This document shows, in pieces, positions 11,105 to 20,146 of a stretch of 20,146 nucleotides of DNA (position 1 is the stretch's first letter; every line of letters starts with the position of its first letter). Position numbers and translations under genes: made by a program. Under the pieces are notes generated by a model. It made no database searches. It saw nothing but the letters and a program-made list of their open reading frames with translations, and had not been told where the DNA came from. The stretch is from contig CM119263.1 of the NCBI GenBank assembly GCA_051294375.1, positions 4,980,479 through 5,000,624 on the forward strand, given 5' to 3'. Source of the DNA: Paraspadella gotoi. Lineage: Eukaryota; Animalia; Chaetognatha.

Positions 11105-11905
11105 CCATTCTTTTTTCCTCCCTTCCCTTTCCCCCCATTTTCTTCCAATTTTTTTCCCATTTTCCTCCCTTTTACCCTTGCCCCATTTTCGTACCCTTTT
11201 TCCCCTTTCCCTCCTTTTCCTCCCTTTTCCTCCTTTTCCTCCTTTCCCCTTTTTCCCTATTTCCCTCCCTTTCCCTTTTTCCCTCTTTCCCTCCCTTTCC
11301 TCCCATTTTACTGCCCTTTTCCCGCCATTTTTCCTTTTTTCCCCTTTTTCCCATTTTCCTCCCAATTTTCGCCCAATTTGCCTCGTACTTTGTTCCGCCC
11401 ATTTTCCACCTTTTCCCCCTTTCCCCTCCCATTTTCCTCGCTTTTACCGCCCATTTTTTTTCGCCTTTCCCCCTTTTCCCCATTTTTCTCCCTTTTCCTC
11501 CATTTCCTCTCTTTTTCCCTTTTTGGCCGATCCATTTTCTTCTCCCTTTCCCATTCCCAGCACCACATTTTGCAACCTTTCCCCTTTTCCCTCAATTTTC
11601 CTCTCCCCTTTTCCCCTTTCCCCTCTTTTCCCCTTTTTCCCCCCTTTCCCCCCATTTTCTTCCCTTTTCCTCCATTTCCTTTCTTTTACCACCTTTTTTT
11701 CCTCCATTTTTCCTCCCTTTTCCCCATTTTCCCTCCATTTCTCCCTTTTCCATATGTTCCCCCATTTTTTCATATCAACCATTTCCCCCATATTCCTCCT
11801 TTTCCCCTTTCCCCCCCATTTCCCCCCATTTTCCCCTTCTTTCCCCCATTTGTTTCCTCTAAGCTTTTTATGTCATTCATTTCCCTTCTTTTTCTTGTTT
11901 TCCCT
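11105..11905. repeat. ~0.8 kb irregular C-run/T-run tract (GGGGAAAA(T)-like on the minus strand)
   Basis: Alternating runs of C and T with frequent CCCCATTTT; G is scarce on the plus strand. Confidence 0.9.
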
Positions 11906-13100
11906 CGTAAAAGCGGTCAAATGGGAAACAGCGGATTGCCTTTTTTTTTTCGGGGAGAGAGAGAATTCTTATATTTTTTTTTTATTTCCCCTTCCGACCG
12001 CAAAGAACGGCATGGAAGTGATCGGAAAGGGAGAGGGATCGGGATATCCCGCGAAGAAGCATGGGCATTCGGACGCTGATGTTGACGACGAGAGTCCTTC
12101 TAATTTTTGATTGACGCGAACAGTTCGTAAAACGGTGTGTGTCGTAATTTCAATATCATTTGAATTCCACTGACACGTTTATTAAATTCGAAAAAAAAAA
12201 AAAAATTTCAACGCGATCCTCAATTTCGCCAAAACAAACCGAACAAATGAATTACAACATAACAAAACAAACAAACAAACGTAGGACACTCATTCCCTTC
12301 TTCTGGACCAAGCATTTAAGCTAAGAGAGCAAATGGCGACCTCTTTGGAAAAGGACACCGACAAGGCCAAAACGATATCGAGGTAAACAAATGACCATAT
12401 CGGTCCTAAATCCCGAATGAAGTTGAGACGGTTTCAACCGGCGATAAAAGGAGCAAAGGGGAAAAACTATCGCCGTCGGTGCGCTGCGATTCCCGCTGAT
12501 AAAGGTTAAATGACAATATATCCGTTAATAAGAAATGAGGAGAAGGCAGAATGAAAGGAAAGGTTCTATTTTATTGTACGTACAATTTTATTCAAAGATT
12601 ATTTGAAAATATGTCATTTTTTTCCCTTGTTTATTAATCTTCTGTTTTTATTTTTTTGTTTTAATACCTGGGCCTGAATTTTATGGTCCTCTTGTTGTTG
12701 TTGTTGTTGTGGCTTTGTTGTTGTCGCCGTTAAATTTTAATTTATATTTTTATTCGTTCGCCTCGTAGCTTATGGATTTTTTTTCGTTTCGACGTTAGAA
12801 TGCAACGATTTTAATTTTTTTATTTACTAAAGCGTCAATATTCATTACTTGTTTCTTGTTGAGTCGTTCTTTTTGTAATTCCTTTGTTTCGTTTGTTTAA
12901 TTCTTTTTTCTTTTTTTTTTTTTTGTAATGAGCGAATTTATATCGTCCGATGAATCAGTCTTATTTTTGTCCCGCAATATCAGGTTCTCGTATTTATTTT
13001 TGGTACATTTTCCATTCTCGGATAAATGGAATGAAAAGGGAAAAACATTTAATCATAACACAGGAACACCATTGCAGGGTAATGATTGTATTGAAATAAG

Positions 13101-13103
<3 letters not shown>

Positions 13104-13170
<67 letters not shown>
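13104..13170. repeat. (AG)n microsatellite
   Basis: Near-perfect AG array. Confidence 0.95.
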
Positions 13171-13174
<4 letters not shown>

Positions 13175-14279
13175 TATTAAAAAACTAATTTCCTGCCTCA
13201 GACGCGTCGCGTTGATTTATTCCGCCATTTCATTTTCTGTCTCTCTTTGTTCTTTCAAGTGTGTCAGAGAGAGCAGAGAAAGCAAAGAGAGAGAGAGAGA
13301 GAAAGAGAGAAATAAGTTATGGTTGTCGTTTTTTTAACGTCTAATGGAACTCACGACCAACTTCGAACATTCTCTCCGATTATTTTTTTTATTTTACGAT
13401 CGCGAGTAAACAACATGAGAAAATCGACTCATTCCTTTTATTCTTTTTTTTTTATTTTCCGCGATTTTTTGACGTCATCCGCGTGGATTGGTGCCATTTG
13501 CGATCGAAATCAGCATTTCGGCGATGCAATCATGTAAGTAATACCAAAGTGAATTCTCTAGTGCCAAATACACATCGACGCAAAGCTGTTTCAGCTTTTG
13601 CGCTCGGCACCAAATTATTACGCTTCTATTGAATTCAAAGACAATAATCAATAAAAAACAAATAAATTAAATCTTTGAATTAATAAAAACTTCGATCTAA
13701 TATCAATTACATATCTTATACGATTTCGATATTAAGAGAACTCACAGCTTGTTTTCCTTTCCTGAACCCGCCCGGCCTTTTGCTACCTTCCTCGACCGTG
13801 CGCGTGCAGACCTTCCTTGCCGCGCCGCCGCCTGCCGCGCCACGCCGTGCGTGCCGTCGTGTTTTATTCGACGAAATTCCGCTCACTTATCTGTTTTTCG
13901 CGTAGTGTGTTTTTTCGGTTTAACAAAATTAAATGCTCATCCTCTACACACTTTTGGTCCCGAAAATACATTTGATTTTCATGTGAGCAGCATTTACTAC
14001 CTTCAATGTATTAATTTGTCACATTTGATTTGGGTATAAACACCTGACGAGCTGGTATAATGCTGTGGTATGTTATTTTTATACGACAGGTACATAACCT
14101 ATGTAGCGTAGAGGACAGAACAGATCGACTGTACTATGTTATCGGATCTAGATATACTACTCATCTAGTTGTCGTGTCTTAACAGATGTTTTCTAATACC
14201 TTGTCGTCCTTCTTTCGGGCGGCGACCCTTTAATTTTCCGCTCCCTCGACGGATCATACCGTTTTTGGCCTTATCACCC

Positions 14280-14560
14280 TCTCTGCTCTCTCTCTCTCTC
14301 TCTCCATCTCTCTCCGTCTCCCTCTCTCTCTTCTCTGACCCCCTCGTCGCTACGTAGTTCTCCTCCTTTTTTTCTCCCCCACTCCCCGCGGCTCCTCGTT
14401 CCTCGATCTCCCCCTTTCTCTTCACGCTTTCCCATCCTCTGCTCCTCCTCTTTTTCTCCCTCCCCTCTCTCTCTCTCCTCTTCTCTCCTCTCTCTCTTTC
14501 CTTTACTCATTTTCTCTTCCCTTCTTCCCCCGTTTCTTTTTTTCTCGTCTTCAAAGTTCG
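14280..14560. repeat. Degenerate (CT)n / pyrimidine-rich tract
   Basis: Directly visible. Confidence 0.85.
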
Positions 14561-14881
14561 TCTCCTTACTACCCCTGTTCCCTGTTAATTTTTGTTTCAT
14601 TTTTGTGTTTCATTTTCTGTTAATTTTTTTTTGTTTTGGAATAATAATTTTGTTTCCATCCTTTTTTGGGCGTGTGTGTTTTACATGTTTTTCCTTTTTT
14701 TCTTTTCCCTCTTTCTCCACTTCATTTTCCATTTTTCCTCCTTTTTCCCAAATTTCTTTTTTTTTATTTACTTAGTCTTGGCTCATTTTTTTCGATTTGT
14801 TTTTACCTCTTCAACCATTTTTTTTTTTCCCTATACTCTTGTCTTTCCCGGTCAGCTCCTCTGCTTCCATTTCTTCCATTT

Positions 14882-14882
14882 C

Positions 14883-14915
<33 letters not shown>

Positions 14916-14969
14916 CTCTCTCTCTCTCTCTCGTCTATCTCTCCTCTCTCTCTTTCTCTCTCTCTCTCT
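14882..14969. repeat. Degenerate (CT)n microsatellite
   Basis: Directly visible. Confidence 0.9.
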
Positions 14970-15506
14970 GCACCTGCTGATGGAAAACAAAAACATTTAA
15001 TCCCCAAACGATGGGAATAAATGACTTCTTTTTCCCCAGAAAAGAAAAGGAGAAAAAAAGAGTAGGCGAAAATTCGCAGCGACAGTAGAAGAGAGAAAGA
15101 GGAAAGAAAAGAAAAAAAAACTTATCACGCGTCAATTTAAGATTGACAAGAAATGATTCTCAAGAACAAGAATCATTTTTTCTTTTATCAGTCTTTATCA
15201 GTCTGTTTACTTCTATTTCGATGCGAGTGCAGAGAGCAATATATCATTAAATACATTACAGATAAATTACATAATAAAGTAACAGGCCTTTTATTCATTG
15301 AAGCAGTTTTCATAATTATATTATAATTTAAGTCTTAATTTAAAAAAGTGAGTAAATTAATGGAATTGAAGGTTAGTTTGTGAAGGAATGAGGGACTTCA
15401 CCCATCATAGCCTATCCAGATCGGAGGGAAAAATATCTAGTTAGAACATGATTTGGCTTAAAAGAACATGAGATATAATCTTTAACTGAAGAGAAACGTT
15501 TATAAA

Positions 15507-15583
15507 AGAATATGTTGACTAACTTATACAAGAAATAATGTTGACTAAACAAATAAAAGAAATATGTAGACTAATTACAGAAA
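15507..15583 (+). repeat. Three-copy ~25-bp minisatellite with core AGAA(A)TATGTTGACTAA
   Basis: AGAATATGTTGACTAA / AGAAATAATGTTGACTAA / AGAAATATGTAGACTAA separated by short variable A-rich linkers. Confidence 0.8.
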
Positions 15584-15720
15584 CGCAAACAGAATAAGAA
15601 AATTCAAGAAGAGAACCTCGGAAAAAAAAAAGGACAATAGGAACTCGGAGGAAAGCGAGGAAAAGAACAGGTTGGGTTTTGGAAGATTAATGAAGAAAGA
15701 AGTAGCGAGAAAAGCGGTAC

Positions 15721-15721
15721 G

Positions 15722-15755
<34 letters not shown>

Positions 15756-15821
15756 GATGAGGGAGAGAGAGAGAGAGAGAGGAGAGGAGAGAAAGGCAGA
15801 TGAGTCAGAGAGAGAGATGAG
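15721..15821. repeat. Degenerate (AG)n microsatellite
   Basis: Directly visible. Confidence 0.9.
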
Positions 15822-16034
15822 ATTAGCGATTCGACAGTTAAGTACCCGAAAAGACAGAAAACAAGTTCTAGTGGGAAAAAAGATAATAAGATAAGACATG
15901 CGAGAAGAACGCCTGCGTTGAAGGCGATGAGAAATTGACAGAACGTTTTTTTCCGGCGAAGATGAAAAAGATTTACGGTCGCCTTCGAATTTTTCGGGGA
16001 AGACGTGTATCGAGAAACCAAGACTTAATCGTCA

Positions 16035-16200
16035 TCTCACTCTCTCTCTCCCTCCGTCTCCTTTCTCTTCTCTCTCTCTCTCGTCTTTCTCTCTCCTCTC
16101 TCTCGCCTCTCGTCACGTCTCATCCTCCTCTCTTCTCATCTCCAGTCTCTCATCTCTCTCTCTCTGCTCTCTCTCGTCTCTCTCTTTCTCTCCTTTCCTT
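16035..16200. repeat. Degenerate (CT)n microsatellite
   Basis: Directly visible. Confidence 0.85.
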
Positions 16201-17122
16201 GCCCTTATAATTTTTCACAATTCCCAATCTTTTTCCTAAATTTCTACAAATATTTTCCCGCGAATATTTTCCTCATATGTTGGATCTTGTCTGTCTCTCG
16301 CTTTATTTGAACGGTTCGACCCTTCGTCAACTCTTGTTTTTTCACTAATTGTCTTTCCTTCTCTCTCTCTCTCCCCGCTCTATGCTCTCCGATCTCCCGT
16401 TATCCTCCTCTGTCGCTCTCCCCTCTCCTTCTCTCTCTTCATCTTCGTCTCTCTCTCTCTCTCTCCATCTCGTCTCTCTCTTTGCTCAGTATTCTTCTCT
16501 CCCTCCCTTTTCTTTCCCCCTTCAGAACCTCATTATAAAGAAGATACTCTTTCCGTTGACGGACCGCCAAACAACAAAAAGGGAAAAAAAAGAACCAAAA
16601 AAAAAAAGAAACGAAAAAAAATGGTTTCAAATATTTTTCGATTGAACGCAAACAAAACCGACAAAAAAGACGCTGAGACGAGAAAACGACGATGAACGAC
16701 AAAGCCGACGACGACGACGAAAAAGGGAAACGAGACCGGCAAAGACCGGCGCGTGCTGATCCAGACATCCGTCGGCGCCTTCTCGTCGCTGTGACGACGG
16801 ACGACGTCGGCGGCGACAAAACAGAAACTGCGGAGAAACAAACAAAAGACCCGGCGGCGAATTTTCCGGGAAGGAAGAAAGAAAGGATGGCGAAGGGAAC
16901 GACGACGAACGACGAACGACGACACGGACGACGACAAACGACGACTCGAAAACCGGTCCGAGAATCCCACGCCTCCGTCCGACGCCTCCGCCCCTTCTCC
17001 TCCCCGCCCCTCGCCGCCCGGCCACGCCCGCTGCTGCTCCTCCTCTTCCTCCCTGACGCATGAACACGATTCCGCAGAGGCGGGGCGACCGGCGTGGGGC
17101 GTCCGACTCCAACCCCGTCGAA

Positions 17123-17169
17123 CTCTCTCTCTCTCAATACCAACTTTAAACTACCAAATTTTTGTAATT
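17123..17169 (+). repeat. Dispersed repeat (CT)6-AATACCAACTTTAAACTACC..., copy 2
   Basis: Matches 3503-3551; lies at an abrupt GC-rich to AT-rich boundary. Confidence 0.9.
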
Positions 17170-17542
17170 TAGTTAAACTAGATAGTAAAATCCTGATAAA
17201 TAATCAAAATATTTTAAAATGTAAAAGTAAAATTTTAGATAAATGTTATTTTTTATAAGGTAAATAAGGACTATTAATTATGTGGGGAGTAAATGTTTAT
17301 CTCTTACTCTCTTATACTCTCTTATACTCATTGTCCACATTTAAGTACAAATCGTGTTCTCATATGTTAAATATTAAAAAATACATAATTATTATTAATA
17401 AATAAATTATCAAATGATTTCATACATGAATTAATAAAATTATTCTTTATTTAATTATAAGCAAATAAATAAGTTATAAATAAGTAAATTAATAAAATTA
17501 GAACTAGTTTAAATATAAGCAACATTAATCATTAAACTTTAA

Positions 17543-17731
17543 AGGGTCGGAGCAGGGAGCCGGAGCGGGAGCTGGAGCTGTCTCAAAATTTTATTGGAGC
17601 TGGAGCTGGAGTTGGAGCTGGAAAAAAATTTAGGATGGAGCCGGAGTTGGAGCTGGAGCTGAAAAATTTTTTTGGCCGGAGCTGGAGTTGGAGCTGGAGC
17701 TGGAGAAAAAATGGCCAGCTCCACAACCCTG
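17543..17731. mobile_element. GGAGCT hexamer-repeat MITE, opposite orientation to 6417-6615
   Basis: Interrupted GGAGCT/GGAGTT arrays; right end CCAGCTCCACAACCCTG; left end AGGGTCGGAGC is a degenerate inverted counterpart. Confidence 0.7.
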
Positions 17732-18678
17732 ACAAATAAGTACTTCTAACGCGATCTAATACCTTTAAGGGAGTGGGTCTTTTCATACAATTGACACTTC
17801 TTTGAATATATACACATTCATTGATAGGGAAGCCAGGTAAATCTGGGAGTGAATAAAACGAGACTGTAGAGAGTCTTGATTGAAAGCTTGCAGGGACCTG
17901 CTATGTCATTATCTTGTAAGAGTGATGGAGGCCTAAACCACCAAAGCCTGTCCAAAAGTCAGGGCACAGAATAGCTTATTTATTAAATGAATGGATAATT
18001 TTTATATTGTTGTACCAATTTCATAAAATTCAGCTCCTTGTATTTTGATGCTAGTGCAGAGTACAAAAAGTAATTTCTCGATCTAATACTTAAGGGAGTG
18101 GTCTTTTCATACATATGAAACATTCTTTGAATATTATACCACTTCATTGAGAGGGAAGCCAGGTACGCTGGGAGTGAATAAACGAGACTGTGAGAGAGTC
18201 TTGATTGAAAGCTTGCAGGGACCTGCTATTGTCATTATCTTGTAAAGAGTGATGGAGCCTTAAACCACCAAAGCCTGTCCAAAGTCAGGGGCAAGATAGC
18301 TTATTTATTAAATGAATGGATAATTTTTATATTGGTTGTACCAATTTCATAAATTCAGTCTCCTTGTATTTTGATGCTTGTGCGCGAGTACAATAAGTAT
18401 TTCCCGATCTAATACTTAAGGGAGAGGTCTTTTCATACAATTGAAACATTCTTTGAAATATTACCACTTCACTTATACTTAGGGGAAGCAAGGTACTTGG
18501 AGTGAATAAACGAGACTGTGAGAGAGTCTTGATTGAAAGCTTTGCAGGACAATGCTATGTCATTATCTTGTAAGAGTGAGAGGAGCCTTAAACCACCAAA
18601 GCCTGCTCAAAGTCAGGGCAAGATAGCTTATTTATTAAATGAATGGATAATTTTATATTGGTTGTACCAATTTCATAA
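17732..18678 (+). repeat. Head-to-tail tandem array, ~2.9 units of ~326 bp; candidate retrozyme or Penelope pseudo-LTR-like array
   Basis: GATCTAATAC recurs at 17753, 18080 and 18406 (periods 327 and 326); units differ mostly by small indels. The repeat itself is certain; the retrozyme/PLE interpretation is inference. Confidence 0.9.
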
Positions 18679-19068
18679 GTCCCATTTAACTTGAATCTTT
18701 AATATATAATTGGAGATTACTCAATAAATGTTTTAATTAATTAATTAAATAATGTCAAAAAATGATGCAATTTAAAAAAATTATGCAAGCAGAAAAAAAT
18801 ATGCAAGTTAAAAAAATCTTAAAAGCAATCGTCGCAATTTCATAAAAAAAAGAGGGAGAGAGAGAGAGAGAGAGAGAAGGAGACATAAAATAAAATAGAG
18901 GATATTTGTTTGTTTTGTTAAAATGTAAACAAAACATATTTAATAACTGTCCTGACCCAATTTTAAGGACATCGATGATGATAAGCTGAATATAAATTTA
19001 TAATTAATTATTAAATATTAAAATTAATTAATTAAATAATTAATCGATTAATTAATTAATTAATTATC

Positions 19069-19103
19069 GTAGGCAGATCCGACATTGTTTGCTCAAACTT
19101 GTT
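19069..19103 (+). mobile_element. 3' terminus of a HINE/DINE-1-like element
   Basis: Subterminal IR GCAGATCCGAC, small hairpin GTTTG-CT-CAAAC, then TTGTT and a T-run; preceded by (TAAT)n palindromic repeats. Confidence 0.7.
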
Positions 19104-19830
19104 TTTATACAAAAGCATTTTCACAAAAAAACATTTTTTAATTGGCTAAAATATGTACAGATGAATGAAGATTGTGATCAGAGAAAAAAATATTTTGACA
19201 TTTTTTCTTTAAAATAAATAAATAATTTTATTTAATCAAATCAATGAAACAGGTGGTGGGTGGGATGGCGGCTAGATCCAAGAGCATTAGGTAGGAAGGG
19301 TAACGAAGGTGGTAGGAATTTTTCCGTGGTCGGATGTGAAACTGATGATCTGTGCCCCGTTAGTCATCGCAGCTCGCCGTAAAAAAAAAAAAGAAAAAAA
19401 AATTCGAAAAATAGATTTTGCGAAAACTCTCTCTCTCTCTATCTCGTCAACTTCGTCATCAGTAGATGCACAATGAAAGTCATATGGTCAGATACGACAT
19501 ATATTTCACGATTTTCCCGCGCAAACTGATGACGCCATCGCTGAAATCAGGATTCCACACGAAATACATTTTCCGACCAACACTGCTATTATGCAAATGA
19601 AGGGATTTGAATTTTTGCACAGGACAGACACCTTTGAACCGCCGTCAGATTATTTTTTTTGATCTCTTTTGTCAAGCTTTTAGTCGCTGACAGTTTTACG
19701 TTTTGTTCCATTAATAAAACAAACTTCTTTATTCTAATTTCTATTCATCTTTTTTTTCTTTACTCGACTCAATCAGAATGTATTGATTTAGCTAGCTAAA
19801 AAAAAAAAAGAAATTGTTAAGCGGAAAAAA

Positions 19831-20146
19831 TTTTTAGTCGGATCTGCTTATCAGCAGATCCCGACTCTATAACTCACTTTGTCGGTCCGTCGGTCCGCCC
19901 CCTCAATATTGTCGGGCACATACTTATATCATGTCAGAATATCGAATTATGACTAATTATGCAAAAAAAAACGATGTCTGTCCGTCTGTCTGTCTGTCCG
20001 TCCGTCCGTCCGTCCGTCCGTCCGTCCGTCCGTCCGTCCGTCCGTCCGTCCCACCTTAGCAAAAAACTCCAATTACACGTGATTGGATGGATGGATTGGT
20101 ATGAATTTTTGTGTGTGGGTAGGAAACTGTGTGATTGAGATGGATA
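19831..20146 (+). mobile_element. 5' part of a HINE/DINE-1-like non-autonomous Helentron, extending beyond the window
   Basis: T-run, then subTIR plus its inverted copy AGTCGGATCTGCT-TATC-AGCAGATCCCGACT (19836-19866), GTCGGTCC repeats, and a (GTCY)n microsatellite at 19976-20051. This is the established DINE-1/HINE architecture. Confidence 0.75.

Noticed and set aside
10823-12110. Longest ORFs (418 aa and 310 aa)
   Set aside because: F/P/S/L-dominated translations of a pyrimidine tract that cannot contain many stop codons; no domain is recognisable.
14044-14090. CTGACGAG followed by a hairpin
   Set aside because: No GAAA box closes the stem, so it is not a complete hammerhead.
15486-15503. 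CTGAAGA-GAAACGTTTA
   Set aside because: No stem II between the boxes; likely chance in AT-rich DNA.
15507-15583. CRISPR-like repeat/spacer appearance
   Set aside because: Only three imperfect ~16-bp cores with linkers of 10 nt or less, in eukaryotic DNA with no cas genes; a minisatellite.
17104-17115. 12-mer CGACTCCAACCC shared with the SINE anticodon arm
   Set aside because: The flanks do not align; a 12-mer match is plausible by chance in a 20-kb window.
16439-17143. Overlapping ORFs in a GC-rich island
   Set aside because: Open in several frames on both strands because of ACG/CCG low complexity; no recognisable protein.
18328-18362. Minus-strand CTGAA...GAAA-TTGGT/ACCAA-TA at the fixed end of the 326-bp unit
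   Set aside because: Stem III and UH fit a hammerhead, but G8/A9, stem II and stem I are absent. Worth including only as a control in cleavage assays.
17732-18678. 5S rRNA, snRNA or SL RNA tandem cluster
   Set aside because: I see no match to 5S, U snRNA or known spliced-leader sequences on either strand.
19526-19556. CTGATGA...GAAA
   Set aside because: Stem II does not close next to the core and there is no stem I pairing.

Overview
Non-coding, AT-rich eukaryotic DNA, probably from an invertebrate animal, with two assembly gaps (N at 1935-2180 and 2647-2671). I cannot support any protein-coding gene: the listed ORFs are translations of (CT)n/(AG)n, CCTT, C/T-run or GGAGCT repeats, or unrecognisable short frames. 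The window is a mosaic of small non-autonomous mobile elements: (1) a ~326-bp structured repeat in a ~2.9-unit tandem array (17732-18678) plus two dispersed copies with variable 5' starts and a shared 3' end, carrying a non-canonical hammerhead-like motif (retrozyme or Penelope pseudo-LTR-like); (2) a canonical minimal type I hammerhead ribozyme at 3558-3600 and a 5'-damaged one at 5725-5753, both of the Penelope-like-element type; (3) a tRNA(CCA)-derived SINE on the minus strand; (4) a ~1 kb fold-back, TA-flanked MITE; (5) two GGAGCT-repeat MITEs, each directly abutting a copy of the 326-bp repeat; (6) three termini of a Helentron/DINE-1-like (HINE) family; (7) many GA/CT microsatellite islands and a ~0.8 kb pyrimidine/purine tract. 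The best candidate for an undescribed system is the 326-bp structured repeat family. All alignments and foldings were done by eye.
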